Shown here: one piece after another, positions 37,103 to 46,613 of the stretch | Position numbering within the stretch: position 1 is the stretch's first letter | How the letters are laid out: each line of letters opens with the position of its first letter | NCBI GenBank assembly: GCA_964464975.1 | Contig: CAYXKV010000001.1 | Span: 457-64,456 of the forward strand | DNA length: 64,000 nucleotides | Direction: 5' to 3' | Origin: an uncultured Candidatus Saccharibacteria bacterium | GTDB taxonomy: Bacteria; Patescibacteriota; Minisyncoccia; Phycocordibacterales; WO2-35-19 | The notes under the pieces: generated by a model | Databases searched by the model: none | The model's input: the letters and a program-made list of their open reading frames with translations, nothing else | Told to the model about the DNA's origin: nothing | Program-made: the position numbers and the translations under genes

Positions 37103-38905
37103 ATGCCCCAGAAGGTATTTAGATTTAGCGAGTTTATAAACAACATAAGGACTGCTCTCGGCTATTCGTTCAGAATTGCGAAGTGGGAGACGGTAGGAAA
37201 TTTTACTCTTTCAACCATTTATGCAGTTTTGCCTTATGGCACAGCATTTCTTTTAGGAACCTTGGTTAACAGGTTGACTGTGATGGTAAATGCTCCTACC
37301 CAAATAGGGGTAGGCATCTTAGGACTTTTTTTGAGTTACGCTATGGTAAGCTCCCTGCCAAATCTAATTTCAGGAATCAATCTTTTTATAACTAAGCTTT
37401 GGAGATTCAAATACCAAGCCGAAATGGAAGTCGAGATCCTGAGGAAAAGGGCGCAGATGGACATCGCCCACTATGAAGATCCTAAATTTCAGGACCTGCT
37501 TCAGAGAGCGTTCCAGAGGAGCCATTGGCCGCTCCTAGAGTTAGCCGATATTCAGTTTGATATTTTCAGAGGACTTGTTGCGCTTATCGCCGGGTCAGTT
37601 TTGTCAGCGGCGTTTAGTTGGAAAATTTATATAGTAATAATCATATGCTCAATACCGAAATTCGTTACGGAATACAAATACGGCTACAACATCTGGAGCA
37701 TATGGATGAAAGATAGCCCTGAGCAGAGGAGGTTCGTTGATTTGAGAAGATACTTCATGTCGAGGACAAATGTTACCGAAACCAAACTCTATCAGTCGGT
37801 TGAGTATCTTTTATCATGGCTTAAAAATATACTGATAGATTTCAATAACAAGCAGATCGATGCAGAAAAGAAAAAACTCTTGCGTGTTGTTTTGTCAGAA
37901 ATTCTGGCTTTCGGCGGTTTTGTGTTTGGGGCCTTCTTCATTCTTCAAGATGTATTGTCAGGCGCGATTATGATAGGCTCAATGGTCTTTCTCCTAAGCA
38001 CGCTCTCAAACGTTCAGCACTCTTTTGGAGATCTTCTCTACAACATCGCAAGACAGAACGAACGTCACCTTATAGTCAAAGACATTCTTGAGTTCATGAA
38101 TACCAAACCTTTCGTAGACATACCCAAAAAGCCTAAAAAACTAAAACTAAAATCGCCACCGGAGATCGAATTTGAAAATGTAAGCTTCAAGTATCCAAAC
38201 TCAGACAAGTGGAGCCTCAAAAACTTGAACTTTATCTTCAAGCCCGGGCAGAAAATAGGACTTGTTGGAAACAATGGCGCCGGCAAAACTACGCTTGTCA
38301 AACTTATATGCAGGATTTATGACCCTACTAAGGGCAGAATATTGATAAATGGGATTAACTTAAAGGATCTTGATTTCAATGAATGGTGGTCTTATTTGGG
38401 AGTGATGTTCCAGGACTTTTCCAATTATGACTTTGTTACCAAAGAGGCAATCGCCATGGGCAGGCCTGAAAAAACACTTTCCATAAAGGAGGTTATAAGA
38501 GCCGCAAAAATCAGCGAGTCTCACTCATTCATTGAGGAGTGGAAAAGGAAATATGATGAGCCCATTGGCGTTGAATTTGACGGCGTAGAACCCTCGAAAG
38601 GCCAGAGACAGAAGCTTGCTATATCCAGAGTAATTTACAGGAATCCATATGTGATGATCCTTGATGAGCCAACTGCATCTGTTGACGCAGAGTCGGAGGC
38701 GAAGATATTTGATTCACTCGATAGCCTTCCAAACTCTATGACAGCCATTCTGATTTCGCACGATTTTTCGACGATAAGGGAATGCGATGAGATCTTCGTT
38801 TTCGATCACGGCGAACTTGCAGAGAGCGGCAGTCACGATGATCTGATGAAAAACAACACTCTTTACTCTGAGCTTTTCAAGCTTCAAGCCAAGAGATTTG
38901 TATAA
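37103..38905 (+). CDS. ABC transporter, fused permease/ATP-binding exporter
   Basis: Six TM helices plus an NBD (GNNGAGKTTL, LSKGQRQKLAISR, ILDEPTASVD). Confidence 0.85.
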   Translation: MPQKVFRFSEFINNIRTALGYSFRIAKWETVGNFTLSTIYAVLPYGTAFLLGTLVNRLTVMVNAPTQIGVGILGLFLSYAMVSSLPNLISGINLFITKLWRFKYQAEMEVEILRKRAQMDIAHYEDPKFQDLLQRAFQRSHWPLLELADIQFDIFRGLVALIAGSVLSAAFSWKIYIVIIICSIPKFVTEYKYGYNIWSIWMKDSPEQRRFVDLRRYFMSRTNVTETKLYQSVEYLLSWLKNILIDFNNKQIDAEKKKLLRVVLSEILAFGGFVFGAFFILQDVLSGAIMIGSMVFLLSTLSNVQHSFGDLLYNIARQNERHLIVKDILEFMNTKPFVDIPKKPKKLKLKSPPEIEFENVSFKYPNSDKWSLKNLNFIFKPGQKIGLVGNNGAGKTTLVKLICRIYDPTKGRILINGINLKDLDFNEWWSYLGVMFQDFSNYDFVTKEAIAMGRPEKTLSIKEVIRAAKISESHSFIEEWKRKYDEPIGVEFDGVEPSKGQRQKLAISRVIYRNPYVMILDEPTASVDAESEAKIFDSLDSLPNSMTAILISHDFSTIRECDEIFVFDHGELAESGSHDDLMKNNTLYSELFKLQAKRFV

Positions 38906-38930
38906 TATGTTGTGTTTTCATATCCAGATT

Positions 38931-38985
38931 AAACGAAACGCGCCCCGAAGAGCGCGTCAGTTTACGTAAACAAGAGTGTTTCGTT
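38931..38985. terminator. Nested inverted-repeat hairpin between convergent genes
   Basis: acgcgc-cccgaaga-gcgcgt nested inside aaacgaaac...gtttcgtt. Confidence 0.4.
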
Positions 38986-38986
38986 G

Positions 38987-39343
38987 TTATTTCCTCACAT
39001 TGTTTAGACTTCGGAACTTACCTTCTGGACCAAAGACGATGTCTGTGTCTGCGAATCGCAGGACAAAGCGATCATTTCCGGTTATGATAACTTCCGCATT
39101 CTCAAGGATTGCAAGTATGCTTGTTAGCCGAAGATTTTCGGCTTCAAGAATCTTGATTCGGACTCTCAATCGGCCTGCTTCTGGAGTTTCGCCGGAACCC
39201 CACCACCTCCCGATAAGGTATGCGGCTACGATAGCCGCAATTATCCCAACAACTAAAGGTATGTTCCACACCGCCTGTACCTCCATTAAAACAATAATAT
39301 ACAAAAAACTATTGGTCAAACCGCTAAACGGCTTTTTCGGCAT
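38987..39343 (-). CDS. FtsB/DivIC-like septum formation initiator family protein (TM plus leucine-zipper coiled coil)
   Basis: TM helix IPLVVGIIAAIVAAYLIGRWW followed by RLRVRIKILEAENLRLTSILAILEN. The true start may be the internal M at 39286. Confidence 0.4.
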   Translation of the reverse strand: MPKKPFSGLTNSFLYIIVLMEVQAVWNIPLVVGIIAAIVAAYLIGRWWGSGETPEAGRLRVRIKILEAENLRLTSILAILENAEVIITGNDRFVLRFADTDIVFGPEGKFRSLNNVRK

Positions 39344-39367
39344 TCAAAATACTGCTATAATTGCGCC

Positions 39368-40789
39368 ATGCAAAGAACTTATATAAAGGACTTAAAAGGT
39401 AGTGAGGGCAAGGAAGTTTCTATAAAAGGCTGGGTGAATGTGAGGAGGGACCAGGGCAAAATGGTCTTTATCGACATGAGGGACATGACTGGCATCGTCC
39501 AGTGCGTTGTCTTGCCAAAAAGTAGAGCTATAGAGAAGGCAAAAGAGATCAGGGACGAATGGGTATTAGAAGTGAGGGGGGTGGTAAACAAAAGACCTGA
39601 CAAAAACGTAAACACAGATGCCCCAAACGGCGACATAGAGATTGAGATAGGGCAGATAGAAGTATTAAACAAAGCAGAAACCCCTCCTTTCGACGTCTCT
39701 GCAGATACCAAGGAAGTAAATGAGGACATCCGCCTAAAGTACAGGTACCTAGACCTTCGAAGCACAAGAATGCAGAAAAATATAAGGATGCGCCACCATA
39801 TAATCAAGCATATTCGCGATTATCTCGACCATGAGAATTTTACAGAAATTGAGACTCCCATTCTTACCAAATCCACACCTGAAGGCGCCCGCGACTACGT
39901 AGTGCCATCTCGGCTTTACAGAGGAGAGTTTTACGCCCTCCCCCAATCCCCGCAGCAGTACAAGCAGCTCCTGATGACAGGGGGGATTGAGCGGTATTTT
40001 CAGATTGCCAAATGCCTTCGCGACGAAGACACCCGCGGAGACCGACAGCCGGAATTCACACAACTTGATATGGAAATGAGTTTTGTCGAGAGAGAGGATG
40101 TGATGAAAATAAACGAGGGGCTCTTGATTTCAATCGTAGAAAGCCTCTATCCGGAAAAGAAAATCCAGGAAAAACCTTTTCCGCGTATTTCTTACAAAGA
40201 AGCGACTGAAAAGTACGGCACCGATAGGCCGGATATAAGGAAGGATAAAAATGATCCGAACCTTTTAGCCTTCTCGTGGGTTATTGATTTCCCGTTTTTT
40301 GAGAAGACAGGCAGCTCCGACAACAAACAGACAAAGGGAGAGTGGACATTCACTCACAATCCGTTTTCAAGACCCATACCGGAGCATATGAAAAATCTTT
40401 TAGAGAAACGCGAAATAGGCGAGATCATTACTTCCCAGTATGACGTGGTGCTTAACGGTTTTGAGATCGGGGGTGGTAGCGTAAGAAATCATCAGTATGA
40501 AGCTTTAGAGAAAGTTTTTGAAATCCTTGGTTATGAGAAGGATGCTATCGAAAAGGACTTCGGTCACATGCTCTCTGCCTTCAAACTCGGTACTCCGCCT
40601 CATGGTGGCATTGCATGGGGCCTCGACAGGTTGGTAATGCTTTTGCAGGACGAACCAAACATCCGTGAAGTCATTGCCTTTCCCAAAACAGGGGAGGGTA
40701 AGGATTATATGATGAATTCCCCAAGTCCCATCTCCGACCGCCAGCTCCGTGAGCTCGGCCTCCAAATCGTAAAACAAGATAAGAAATAA
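39368..40789 (+). CDS. aspS: Aspartyl-tRNA synthetase, short archaeal/eukaryal-type lacking the GAD insertion domain
   Basis: OB-fold N-domain, then class II motifs (FRDEDTRGDRQPEFTQLDMEMSF, GGGSVR). 473 aa. Confidence 0.9.
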   Translation: MQRTYIKDLKGSEGKEVSIKGWVNVRRDQGKMVFIDMRDMTGIVQCVVLPKSRAIEKAKEIRDEWVLEVRGVVNKRPDKNVNTDAPNGDIEIEIGQIEVLNKAETPPFDVSADTKEVNEDIRLKYRYLDLRSTRMQKNIRMRHHIIKHIRDYLDHENFTEIETPILTKSTPEGARDYVVPSRLYRGEFYALPQSPQQYKQLLMTGGIERYFQIAKCLRDEDTRGDRQPEFTQLDMEMSFVEREDVMKINEGLLISIVESLYPEKKIQEKPFPRISYKEATEKYGTDRPDIRKDKNDPNLLAFSWVIDFPFFEKTGSSDNKQTKGEWTFTHNPFSRPIPEHMKNLLEKREIGEIITSQYDVVLNGFEIGGGSVRNHQYEALEKVFEILGYEKDAIEKDFGHMLSAFKLGTPPHGGIAWGLDRLVMLLQDEPNIREVIAFPKTGEGKDYMMNSPSPISDRQLRELGLQIVKQDKK

Positions 40790-40837
40790 GGAGCGACTTT
40801 CCGCAGAAAAAAAGGTAGTTTGTGGTAAAATAGAGCC

Positions 40838-41569
40838 ATGAATGGAGGGTTTAAGGTCAGGGTGGGACAGTTTGAAGGGCCGCTTGATTTGCTGCTCGAC
40901 CTCGTTGAGAAAAGGAGGCTTCATATAAGCGATGTCACCCTATCGCAGGTTGCTGATAATTTTATAAATTACGTTAAGTCGTTTGATGAATTTCCAATGA
41001 AGGACTCTGCGGATTTCATCTTGGTGGCATCGACCCTGCTTCTTATCAAGTCCAAATCCCTTTTGCCCGGCCTCAGCCTCACCGAAGAGGAGCAGGAGAG
41101 TATCGAAGAACTTGAAAGGAGGCTCGAGTCTTACAAGACATATAAAGAGGCAGCGCAGGTTCTTTCTAAAATCTTTGGAAAATTTCTTTATTTTCCAAAA
41201 GAGAAAAGGTGGCAAAAATCAGTATTTTACCCAACTTCTGAAATAACAACTTCGAATTTGAAGAACGCTATCCTTAGTGCTATCGAGAGCATGCCGAAAA
41301 AGGCTGAGCCTCTTTCAAAGATCGGCGTCCGAAAAATAATTAGTCTTGAAGAGATGATTGAGAGACTGAGAGAGAAAATAGAGAGTTCGCTTAAAATGAG
41401 CTTCCGCGAATTTTCCATGATGAACAAGGCGGAGAGGATCGATGTTATCGTGAGCTTTCTCGCCATGCTTGAGCTTGTAAAGCGCGGCTTGGTGCGAGCC
41501 GAACAGCACAGCCACTTCGAGGATATCAACATTGAGTTGGAAAGAACGGGAGTGCCAACATATAATTAA
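40838..41569 (+). CDS. scpA: Segregation and condensation protein A
   Basis: GPLDLLLDLVEKRRLHISDVTLSQV. Confidence 0.85.
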   Translation: MNGGFKVRVGQFEGPLDLLLDLVEKRRLHISDVTLSQVADNFINYVKSFDEFPMKDSADFILVASTLLLIKSKSLLPGLSLTEEEQESIEELERRLESYKTYKEAAQVLSKIFGKFLYFPKEKRWQKSVFYPTSEITTSNLKNAILSAIESMPKKAEPLSKIGVRKIISLEEMIERLREKIESSLKMSFREFSMMNKAERIDVIVSFLAMLELVKRGLVRAEQHSHFEDINIELERTGVPTYN

Positions 41570-41582
41570 CAATCGGATAAAT

Positions 41583-42131
41583 ATGATGAATATGGAGCAA
41601 CAAATAGAGGCGGTACTGTTTTATGAAAACGAGCCGGTAGAAATTAAAAAACTCTGCAAAATTTTGGACACAAGCGAACATGACATCAATGACGCCCTCA
41701 TTGCGTTAAGCGGTAGCCTTGAGGGCAGGGGGATATGCCTTATTAACAACGGTAGGGAAGTCGCACTCGCCACCTCCAAGGACATGGAGAGCATAATAGA
41801 TAAACTTGCTAAGGACGAAATGAGTCGGGAGATTGGCAAAGCGGGTTTGGAGACCCTTGCAATAATACTTTATAATGGGGATGTATCCCGTCGGGAGATA
41901 GATTTCATTCGGGGAGTCAATTCGACGTTCATTTTGAGGAACCTCTCCATGCGAGGGCTTATAGAACGGGAACACAAGGAAGGCGATAGGTCCTACAAGT
42001 ACAGGGTAAGTTTGCCACTTTTGGCTCACTTAGGGATAAGATCGGTGGACGAACTGCCTGAATTTGATAGTTTAAGTAAAAAGGTAGCCGAAATTTCAAA
42101 GAATTTGGAGGATCAGGACAATAATGAATAA
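41583..42131 (+). CDS. scpB: Segregation and condensation protein B
   Basis: IEAVLFYENEPVEIKKL plus two winged helices. Confidence 0.8.
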   Translation: MMNMEQQIEAVLFYENEPVEIKKLCKILDTSEHDINDALIALSGSLEGRGICLINNGREVALATSKDMESIIDKLAKDEMSREIGKAGLETLAIILYNGDVSRREIDFIRGVNSTFILRNLSMRGLIEREHKEGDRSYKYRVSLPLLAHLGIRSVDELPEFDSLSKKVAEISKNLEDQDNNE

Positions 42132-43071
42132 AATTAATATGGACATGGAAAGAAGAACAAAATATTTCGTTCATGTTGTGGCGATACTTTCGCTTATTTC
42201 CATATTTATTTTCGCAATTTTGGTGAACGGGGACAAAAATCCAGAGAAAGCCGAGGCTTCGGAAGTAGAGGCAAGTCCTCAACCTTTCACGGATATAGCA
42301 CTTGAGGCCAAAGCGGCAATAGTGGTAGATCTAGTAAACGGCAGAGAGCTTTTTTCCAAAAATCCTGACGAGCCATTGCCTCTCGCGTCACTTACCAAAG
42401 TTATTACCGCGCTTACTGCAGACTTGAAGCTTCCCAATTCTCTGAGCGTAAGGATAAGGGATGAGTACCTTGCACCCGAGGGTGATTCAGGGCTTATAAG
42501 TGATGATGTATGGCAGGCTCGGGATTTGAGGGATTTTACCTTGCTTACTTCGTCAAACGACGGGGCTTTCGCTCTAGCGGCTGCAGCAGAGTCTTTGGGC
42601 AGGGAAGCTGTCTATGACATAGGTTCACGTGATCAGTTTGTAAAAGCCATGAACGACACCGCCCTCGAGATTGGACTCCTGAGCAGCAAATTTTACAACG
42701 AACACGGACTCGACAGGGAAGCAGACAAAGGCGGTGCATATGGCAGTGCTCGGGATATGGCCACACTTTTTGAATACATTATCAAAAATCGCCCAGCAAT
42801 CCTCGAAGCCACACGTTACGACAGCCTGAGTTTCAAAAGCTCGCTCAAAAATTATCTGGCGGAGAACACCAACCCATATATAAACGAGATACCCAACGTC
42901 ATTGCTTCCAAAACGGGCTACACCGATCTTGCCGGTGGAAATCTGGTAGTGGTTTTCGATGCTGGGGTCAATATGCCGATTGCAATCTCAGTACTTGGAT
43001 CTTCGCAAGAAGGAAGGTTTTCTGATACCTTAAAGTTAGTAGAAGCGAGTTTGAAAGCTATTTCTAATTAG
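42124..43071 (+). CDS. dacA: D-alanyl-D-alanine carboxypeptidase (S11 family PBP)
   Basis: N-terminal TM, SLTK (SxxK), SSN (SxN) and KTG motifs. Confidence 0.8.
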   Translation: MNKINMDMERRTKYFVHVVAILSLISIFIFAILVNGDKNPEKAEASEVEASPQPFTDIALEAKAAIVVDLVNGRELFSKNPDEPLPLASLTKVITALTADLKLPNSLSVRIRDEYLAPEGDSGLISDDVWQARDLRDFTLLTSSNDGAFALAAAAESLGREAVYDIGSRDQFVKAMNDTALEIGLLSSKFYNEHGLDREADKGGAYGSARDMATLFEYIIKNRPAILEATRYDSLSFKSSLKNYLAENTNPYINEIPNVIASKTGYTDLAGGNLVVVFDAGVNMPIAISVLGSSQEGRFSDTLKLVEASLKAISN

Positions 43072-43077
43072 AAATAT

Positions 43078-44154
43078 ATGATGATCGATATTGTAAAGGT
43101 GTTTCTGCCGGCGGTGGGGGCGTTTGTTCTCGGTATTTTGCTTACTCCTTTTCTCACCGGTTTCCTCTACAAGCACAAAATGTGGAAGAAAAAAGCCGGC
43201 AAAACGGCTCTTGACGGAAGCGAGGCAGTCATTTTTAACGAACTGCACAAGGAGAAAGAGGTTAACACTCCACGAATGGGGGGAGTGGTCATTTGGTTTA
43301 GCGCATCGCTCGTCATGTTCATCATCTGGTTATTGTCGCATCTGTTACCGACAGAGAGCACCATCAAGATGGATTTCCTTTCCAGGAGTCAGACCTGGGT
43401 GCCTCTTGCCACACTTCTTTTTGGCGCTCTTGTCGGCCTTATCGATGACTACCTTGAGGTCAAAGACTCCGTAAACGGACAAAGAGGTGGGGGGCTTTCT
43501 CTCATCATCAGGCTTTCGGCAGTAGGCTTTATGGCGCTTCTCACTGCACTTTGGTTTTACTTTAAACTTGATGTGAATTCAATCGGCCTTCCTTTTGGTT
43601 TTCAAGAATTTTATCTGGGGCCTCTGTTTATGTTGCTCTTTATCATTGTGGCTCTTTTCATTTATGCAGGCGGAGTCATCGATGGGCTTGATGGTCTCGC
43701 AGGCGGTGTTTTTGCCACCATATTTGCCGCCTATGCCGGCATTGCCTTCTATCAGCAACAGATAGATCTGGCCGCCTTCTGTGCCACACTATCCGGCGGA
43801 ATCCTTGCCTTCCTCTGGTTCAATATTCCTCCCGCACGGTTTTATATGTCGGAGACAGGAAGCATGGGGCTTACCATCACTCTTACGGTTGTCGCCTTCA
43901 TGACCGACAGGCTAGGGGAGGGTTACGGACTTTTGGTCCTGCCGGTTATTGCCATGCCTTTGGTCATAACAGTCCTTTCAAACGTTATCCAGGTTTTTTC
44001 CAAAAAATTCAGGGGGAAAAAGGTCTTTTTAGTCGCTCCATTGCACCATCATTTCGAGGCAAAGGGTTGGCCATCTTACAAGGTCACCATGCGCTATTGG
44101 GTATTCTCCACCGTATGCGCCATCCTGGGCATTTCCCTCGCCCTCATTGGGTAA
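43078..44154 (+). CDS. mraY: Phospho-N-acetylmuramoyl-pentapeptide transferase
   Basis: Polytopic; NTPRMGGV, DDYLEVKD. Confidence 0.9.
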   Translation: MMIDIVKVFLPAVGAFVLGILLTPFLTGFLYKHKMWKKKAGKTALDGSEAVIFNELHKEKEVNTPRMGGVVIWFSASLVMFIIWLLSHLLPTESTIKMDFLSRSQTWVPLATLLFGALVGLIDDYLEVKDSVNGQRGGGLSLIIRLSAVGFMALLTALWFYFKLDVNSIGLPFGFQEFYLGPLFMLLFIIVALFIYAGGVIDGLDGLAGGVFATIFAAYAGIAFYQQQIDLAAFCATLSGGILAFLWFNIPPARFYMSETGSMGLTITLTVVAFMTDRLGEGYGLLVLPVIAMPLVITVLSNVIQVFSKKFRGKKVFLVAPLHHHFEAKGWPSYKVTMRYWVFSTVCAILGISLALIG

Positions 44155-44202
44155 CTTATTTAACAAACCAGAAAATATTAAATCGTGTGCTAAAATGATG
44201 AT

Positions 44203-45309
44203 GTGGCCGGAAAAGTTTCTAGGATAAGCAAGCCGTTTCTTCTCTGGACCGTGGTGCTCACGGTCGGCGGTTTTTTTATTTTCAGCTCCGCATCTCTCGG
44301 CGTCTTGGCTCGTGATGAGGTCAAGTTTTCTAATGTCGCCTTCAACCAGCTTTTTTACGGACTGTTTTTCGGCTCGCTTGCCTGCTTGTATTTCTCAAAG
44401 CTTGACTACCACGTTTGGAAAAAGAGCGCTTTTTACCTTTTTATAATTTCTCTTGTTCTCACTCTTTTGGTTTTCGTCCCCCCACTCGGCATGGAGCACG
44501 GCGGGGCAAAGCGCTGGATAAATTTGAGGTTCATCACTTTTCAACCGGCAGAATTTCTGAAAATTTCTTTCATTGCATATTTTGCGGCATGGCTTTCGGC
44601 CATTAAATCCAAAGTTTCAACCTTTAAATGGGGTCTTTTACCATTTATGATTTTCATGATTATAATCGGGGGAACGCTTCTGTCCCAACCTGATACCGAC
44701 ACTTTCGCAGTCATACTTTTCGCGGCAACTGCAATGTTTCTCGCCGCCGGGGCAAGCTGGAAACATTTGTCTGTGCTGTTTATTGTAGGCCTCGTCGGTC
44801 TAGCAGGCCTTGCCTACACTCGACCTTACGTCAAGCAGAGGATCGAGGTTATGCTCAACCCATTGGCAAACCAGCAGACAAGCGGTTACCAGCTTACCCA
44901 ATCTCTTATCGCTGTCGGATCAGGAGAGCTTTTCGGCCGAGGTTTTGGGCAAAGCGTCCAGAAATTTCACTATCTGCCGGAACCTATCGGGGACTCGGTT
45001 TTTGCCGTCGCCGCTGAGGAGTTCGGTTTTATCGGCGCCTCTATAATCATGTTCATTTTTGTTATGTTTTCTCTCGAAGGCCTCAAGATATCGGCGGGCA
45101 CCAAGGATGATTTTGGAAGGTTATTTTCCCTTGGAATTGTTATACTTATTGTGTCCCAGGCATTTGTAAACATAGGCGGGATGATAGGTATTTTGCCTCT
45201 TACAGGCATCCCTCTGCCTTTTGTAAGCCACGGCGGTACAGCCCTCTTCATCACCCTTATAGAAGCGGGAATCATCATGAACATATCAAGGCACAGCAAA
45301 AAATTATAA
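44203..45309 (+). CDS. ftsW: SEDS-family peptidoglycan polymerase FtsW/RodA (GTG start)
   Basis: FQPAEFLKISFIAY..., PLPFVSHGGTALF. Confidence 0.85.
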   Translation: MAGKVSRISKPFLLWTVVLTVGGFFIFSSASLGVLARDEVKFSNVAFNQLFYGLFFGSLACLYFSKLDYHVWKKSAFYLFIISLVLTLLVFVPPLGMEHGGAKRWINLRFITFQPAEFLKISFIAYFAAWLSAIKSKVSTFKWGLLPFMIFMIIIGGTLLSQPDTDTFAVILFAATAMFLAAGASWKHLSVLFIVGLVGLAGLAYTRPYVKQRIEVMLNPLANQQTSGYQLTQSLIAVGSGELFGRGFGQSVQKFHYLPEPIGDSVFAVAAEEFGFIGASIIMFIFVMFSLEGLKISAGTKDDFGRLFSLGIVILIVSQAFVNIGGMIGILPLTGIPLPFVSHGGTALFITLIEAGIIMNISRHSKKL

Positions 45310-45330
45310 ATTGAAATTTTTTTAAATAAA

Positions 45331-46464
45331 ATGAAGATCATATTTACAGGCGGCGGGTCAGGAGGGCATTTTTATCCGATCATCGCAATTGCAGAATCGA
45401 TACAGAAGATTGGAAGGGAGCGCAAGCTGATTTCCCCAAAAATGTATTTTTTTGCGCCTTCGCCTTACAACCAAGGAATTCTCTACGACCATGGTATCGA
45501 ATTCAACAAGATAAGCGCCGGCAAGTTACGCAGGTATTTTTCGGTTATGAATTTTTTTGACATTTTCAAAACTTTTTTCGGAATAATAGGAGCAATCTTC
45601 GACGTTTTCGACGTCTATCCTGACGTAGTATTCAGTAAAGGAGGTTATGGAAGTTTCCCCGCTGTTCTTGCCGCGCGCCTTTTGCGGATACCGGTGTTCA
45701 TTCACGAATCCGATTCTGTCCCAGGCAGGGCAAATAAGTGGGCCGGCAGATTTGCCGCACGCATTGCCGTTTCTTACAAAGAAGCAGCTGAGCACTTCAA
45801 GCACCAAGACAGAATCGCCTATACAGGCCAGCCGGTAATGGAGGAAAAAACCGTCCCGATAACCGAGAAGGCCCATGAATTTTTCGGTTTTGAGGAGACG
45901 GTACCGACTATTTTTATACTTGGAGGATCACAGGGGGCCGAGGTTATAAACAACATGATTCTTGATGTATTGCCTGAGCTAGTAAAAGATTTTCAAATAA
46001 TCCACCAGACTGGAGACGTTAATTTCCATGTCATCAAGGAGTCCGCCTCTGCAATTCTACTCGACAGCCCTAATCGAGCGAGGTACAAGCCTTTCGGATA
46101 CCTAAACAGCCTTGAGATGCGCATGGCCGCAGGAGCGGCGGAGCTCGTCATAAGCAGGGGAGGCTCAACTATTTTTGAGATTGCCGCTTGGGGCAAGCCC
46201 TCGATCATAATCCCTATAACAAATTCAAACGGTAATCATCAGGTCAAAAATGCGTATATATACGGGAGGGCAGGAGCCTGCTCTGTCATGGAGGAAGAAA
46301 ATCTTAAAAACAACATTTTCCTTGCCGAAATCAGGAGAATATTAGAAAACAAGGAAATAGTTTCAAAAATGAGTGAGTCGGCAAAGGCTTTTTTCAAGCC
46401 GGGTGCGGCCGATACAATCGCTCGCGAAATTTTCTCCATCATTATCTCCCACGAGAAGATATAA
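45331..46464 (+). CDS. murG: UDP-GlcNAc:lipid I GlcNAc transferase MurG
   Basis: FTGGGSGGHFYP; C-terminal GGSTIFEIAAWGKPSIIIP. Confidence 0.9.
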   Translation: MKIIFTGGGSGGHFYPIIAIAESIQKIGRERKLISPKMYFFAPSPYNQGILYDHGIEFNKISAGKLRRYFSVMNFFDIFKTFFGIIGAIFDVFDVYPDVVFSKGGYGSFPAVLAARLLRIPVFIHESDSVPGRANKWAGRFAARIAVSYKEAAEHFKHQDRIAYTGQPVMEEKTVPITEKAHEFFGFEETVPTIFILGGSQGAEVINNMILDVLPELVKDFQIIHQTGDVNFHVIKESASAILLDSPNRARYKPFGYLNSLEMRMAAGAAELVISRGGSTIFEIAAWGKPSIIIPITNSNGNHQVKNAYIYGRAGACSVMEEENLKNNIFLAEIRRILENKEIVSKMSESAKAFFKPGAADTIAREIFSIIISHEKI

Positions 46465-46613
46465 AAAATTACCTCGATTCGTAACACTCCCTTGATCTTT
46501 CTCTTTAAAATAAAGGGGGAAGGTGTTATGAATTATGTCTCAGGGTAAGAGGGGGGTTCTGGGGTGTCATGAAAGGCGTCGAAAAACGATCAATTTTTTG
46601 CTAAAATGTCGAT

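Noticed and set aside
38976-39386. Plus-strand 136-aa ORF overlapping the FtsB-like minus-strand ORF
   Set aside because: Low-complexity and Arg/Ser-rich, with no domains. The minus-strand ORF has a coherent TM plus coiled-coil architecture.
46500-46600. GC-rich block (aaagggggaaggtg...agaggggggttctggggtgtc) upstream of gltX, checked as a T-box leader
   Set aside because: No T-box consensus (AGGGUGGNACCGCG) or specifier/antiterminator arrangement. The gltX promoter is leaderless-type, leaving no room for a leader RNA.
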